A stretch of DNA of 49,381 bases from an uncultured Bergeyella sp. (GTDB taxonomy: Bacteria; Bacteroidota; Bacteroidia; Flavobacteriales; Weeksellaceae): positions 1 through 49,381 of the forward strand of contig CAKAOY010000001.1 in NCBI GenBank assembly GCA_916710115.1, given 5' to 3'. Under the pieces are notes generated by a model. The model was not told where the DNA came from, searched no databases, and was given only the letters and a program-made list of their open reading frames with translations. Numbering within the stretch: the stretch's first letter is position 1; the number at the start of each line of letters is the position of its first letter. Both the position numbers and the translations under genes were made by a program. Below are positions 46,981-49,381 of this stretch, one piece after another.

Positions 46981-47655
46981 TTACAAACAATTATTAATAA
47001 TTAATACAATTTCGCCTTTTAATGTTTTAGATTTTGAAAATGCAATTAATTCATCAATAGTACCACGCTTAGTTTCTTCAAATTTTTTAGAAATTTCTCT
47101 ACTGAGACTTATCTTGGTATTTTCTCCAAAAAATTCCTTAATCTGTTCTAATGTTGTATTGATTTTATGGGGACTTTCGTAGAGGACAATTGTTTTTTTC
47201 TCTTCTGCAAGTTGTTTTAGTTTCGTTTGTCTTCCTTTTTTTTGAGGAAGAAATCCAGCAAAATAAAAATCGTGATTAGGAAGGCCGGAAACAACCAATG
47301 CTGGCACAAATGCCGTAGCACCAGGTAGGCAAATCATCTCAATATCATTTTCAGTACCTATTTTTGCGAGTAAATAACCAGGGTCAGATATTCCAGGGGT
47401 ACCAGCATCGGTGATAATAGCAATGTTTTGCCCATTTTTTAAGTCATCAATTACCCTTTGTGTAGTGTGATGTTCATTATGTAAGTGATAGGATTTCAGA
47501 GGTTTAGATATTTCAAAATGTTTCAATAGAATCCCAGAAGTTCTTGTATCTTCGCATAGGATATAATCAACCTCTTTCAAGACTTTGAGTGCTCTGAAAG
47601 TCATATCCTCTAAATTTCCAATAGGTGTCGGAACAAAATATAAAATACCTGCCAT
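46981..47655 (-). CDS. rsmI: 16S rRNA C1402 2'-O-methyltransferase
   Basis: VPTPIGNLED, CEDTR, DAGTPGISDPG, YESPH and KGEIV; ATG 47655 lies after a -7 element at 47683-47690. Confidence 0.96.
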   Translation of the reverse strand: MAGILYFVPTPIGNLEDMTFRALKVLKEVDYILCEDTRTSGILLKHFEISKPLKSYHLHNEHHTTQRVIDDLKNGQNIAIITDAGTPGISDPGYLLAKIGTENDIEMICLPGATAFVPALVVSGLPNHDFYFAGFLPQKKGRQTKLKQLAEEKKTIVLYESPHKINTTLEQIKEFFGENTKISLSREISKKFEETKRGTIDELIAFSKSKTLKGEIVLIINNCL

Positions 47656-47774
47656 TATATATAAATAATATGTGTATGTTGGCAAAAATACCATTTTTAT
47701 ATCAAATAAATAGAATATTGTGATGTATAACAAAGCTAATTTATTACATAATTGTTGGAATCATTTAATTTTTC

Positions 47775-47782
47775 TATTTTTG
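47775..47782 (+). promoter_or_regulatory. -7 element (TATTTTTG) for rmuC
   Basis: TAnnTTTG match 20 nt before the ATG. Confidence 0.6.
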
Positions 47783-47802
47783 AAGGGTAAAAAAATTTAA
47801 TT

Positions 47803-49254
47803 ATGGATTTATTATTTGCTATGACATTTGGTATTGTTTTGGGAGGTGTAGCGGTTTATCTCTATATGAAGTCTTCGTGGATTTCTCGTACTAATTTTGA
47901 TCAGATTCAACAAGAATTACTCAGAAAAGAAGTTGAAAATTCTACAACATTCGATAAAATCACAGATTTACAGAGTAAATTGAAAGAAGTGGAGGCTAAA
48001 AATGATAGTTTCCAGGAAACAACCAGTAGGCAGAGAGAAGAAATTGCCGAAAAAACAAAGGAAATAGGTTTTCAGAAACAGAATATAATTGAGTATGAAG
48101 CCGAAAATAAGTCACTTCAAATAAAATTGGACAAAGTGAATCAAGAAAATAGCAATTATATAAAGGAATTAGCAAAAATGAGAGCTGAAAATGAAAGTTT
48201 GGCATCATCTATAAAAATTCAAAAAGAGGCTGTGGAGAAACTTCAAGAGACCTCAAAATTGCAGTTTGAGAATATCGCTAATAAAATCTTAGAACAAAAA
48301 ACAGAAAAATTTACTCAAACCAATCGTGAAACCTTAGATTCTATTCTGAAACCTCTTGGAGAAAACATAAATTCTTTCAAAGAACAAGTGGAAAAAGTCT
48401 ATGAAAATGAAGCTCGAGAGAGAACATCTCTTAATACTACTATTAAAATGATGATGGAACAATCTAATAAAATCAGCCAAGAAGCTAATAACCTTGCAAC
48501 AGCCTTAAAAGGAAGTACCAAAGTACAAGGAGATTGGGGAGAGATGATTTTAGAACGAATATTAGAGAATTCTGGACTTACCGAGGGTAGAGAGTATTAT
48601 ACCCAAATGAATTTCAAGAATGAAGAAGGAGAAAACCAACGCCCAGATATAGTATTACAGCTTCCAAAAAATCAAAAAGTAGTTATAGACTCAAAGGTAT
48701 CTCTTAACTCCTATGAAAAAATGACTTCGTCGGAAACATCAGAGGAACAAAAACATTTCTTAGATTCTCATATTCTGGCGATGAAAGCTCATATAGATAC
48801 TTTGGCTAAAAAACAATATCATAAGTTAGATGGTTCATTGGATTTTACAATTATGTTTGTTCCAATAGAGTCTGCTTTCTTGGTTGCTATGCAAAATGAT
48901 GCAAACCTATGGAACTACGCTTATAATAAACAAGTGATAATTTTGAGCCCAACAAACCTTATTGCTTATCTAAAATTGATTTCCGAAATATGGGATAGAA
49001 CCTATCAAAATGAAAATGCCGACAAAATAGCTAAACAAGCTGCAGATTTATATAGTAAGTTTGTAGGATTTACCGAAGATTTAATAAAATTGGGTAAAAA
49101 TATGGATACAGCAAAAAGATCTTATGATGATGCAATGAACAAATTATGCGATGGAAAAGGGAATGTTATTAAAAAAATAGAAAAATTTAAGGATATGGGG
49201 GTGAAATCTACTAAAAGTATACCTTTAGAGTTGATAGATAAATCATCAATATAA
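47803..49254 (+). CDS. rmuC: DNA recombination protein RmuC
   Basis: N-terminal TM, long coiled coil, QGDWGEMIL, RPD, IDSK and MFVPIE. Confidence 0.95.
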   Translation: MDLLFAMTFGIVLGGVAVYLYMKSSWISRTNFDQIQQELLRKEVENSTTFDKITDLQSKLKEVEAKNDSFQETTSRQREEIAEKTKEIGFQKQNIIEYEAENKSLQIKLDKVNQENSNYIKELAKMRAENESLASSIKIQKEAVEKLQETSKLQFENIANKILEQKTEKFTQTNRETLDSILKPLGENINSFKEQVEKVYENEARERTSLNTTIKMMMEQSNKISQEANNLATALKGSTKVQGDWGEMILERILENSGLTEGREYYTQMNFKNEEGENQRPDIVLQLPKNQKVVIDSKVSLNSYEKMTSSETSEEQKHFLDSHILAMKAHIDTLAKKQYHKLDGSLDFTIMFVPIESAFLVAMQNDANLWNYAYNKQVIILSPTNLIAYLKLISEIWDRTYQNENADKIAKQAADLYSKFVGFTEDLIKLGKNMDTAKRSYDDAMNKLCDGKGNVIKKIEKFKDMGVKSTKSIPLELIDKSSI

Positions 49255-49381
49255 TTTTTAGATTGTTTTTATCATATATAGAATACGATTATTAAATTTC
49301 GTTATTTGGTGTTTGATAATGGATAATTGTTTAAAAATTTTTCTTATTGTGTATCAGATATTTAGTGATTTTTGGTAAATT

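Noticed and set aside
47656..47733. N-terminal extension of rsmI
   Set aside because: RsmI homology starts at MAGILYFVPTPIG, and the -7 element lies within the extension

Overview
AT-rich chromosomal segment of a Bacteroidota (Flavobacteriales, Weeksellaceae-like) bacterium; the taxon is inferred from protein style and the TAnnTTTG promoters. It is mostly core genome: fumC, NAD kinase, PBP1A, ptrB, rpiB, mutS, sodA, clpB, rbfA, fbaA, sufE, mreBCD, mrdA, an RprXY-like two-component pair, a Leu-Gly-Leu tRNA operon, rsmI and rmuC. I saw no CRISPR array, transposase, integrase or prophage. The best signals outside the ORF track are: (1) a probable oriC between rbfA and fbaA, with a promoter overlapped by a DnaA box pointing into it; (2) a split mreBCD/mrdA operon that one ~7.7 kb inversion would restore, with 16/18 inverted repeats at the predicted ends; (3) a TonB-dependent-like barrel plus tandem-DUF5689 lipoprotein, a candidate DNA/nucleotide capture module with no adjacent nuclease; (4) a perfect 24-bp direct repeat and a sigma54-like site upstream of a compositionally atypical clpB; (5) three candidate small or 3'UTR RNAs with UUCAU 'anti-start-codon' seeds; (6) an orphan HmuT-like gene near a PepSY_TM-diflavin reductase fusion. 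All family calls come from motif recognition by eye, not database searches.
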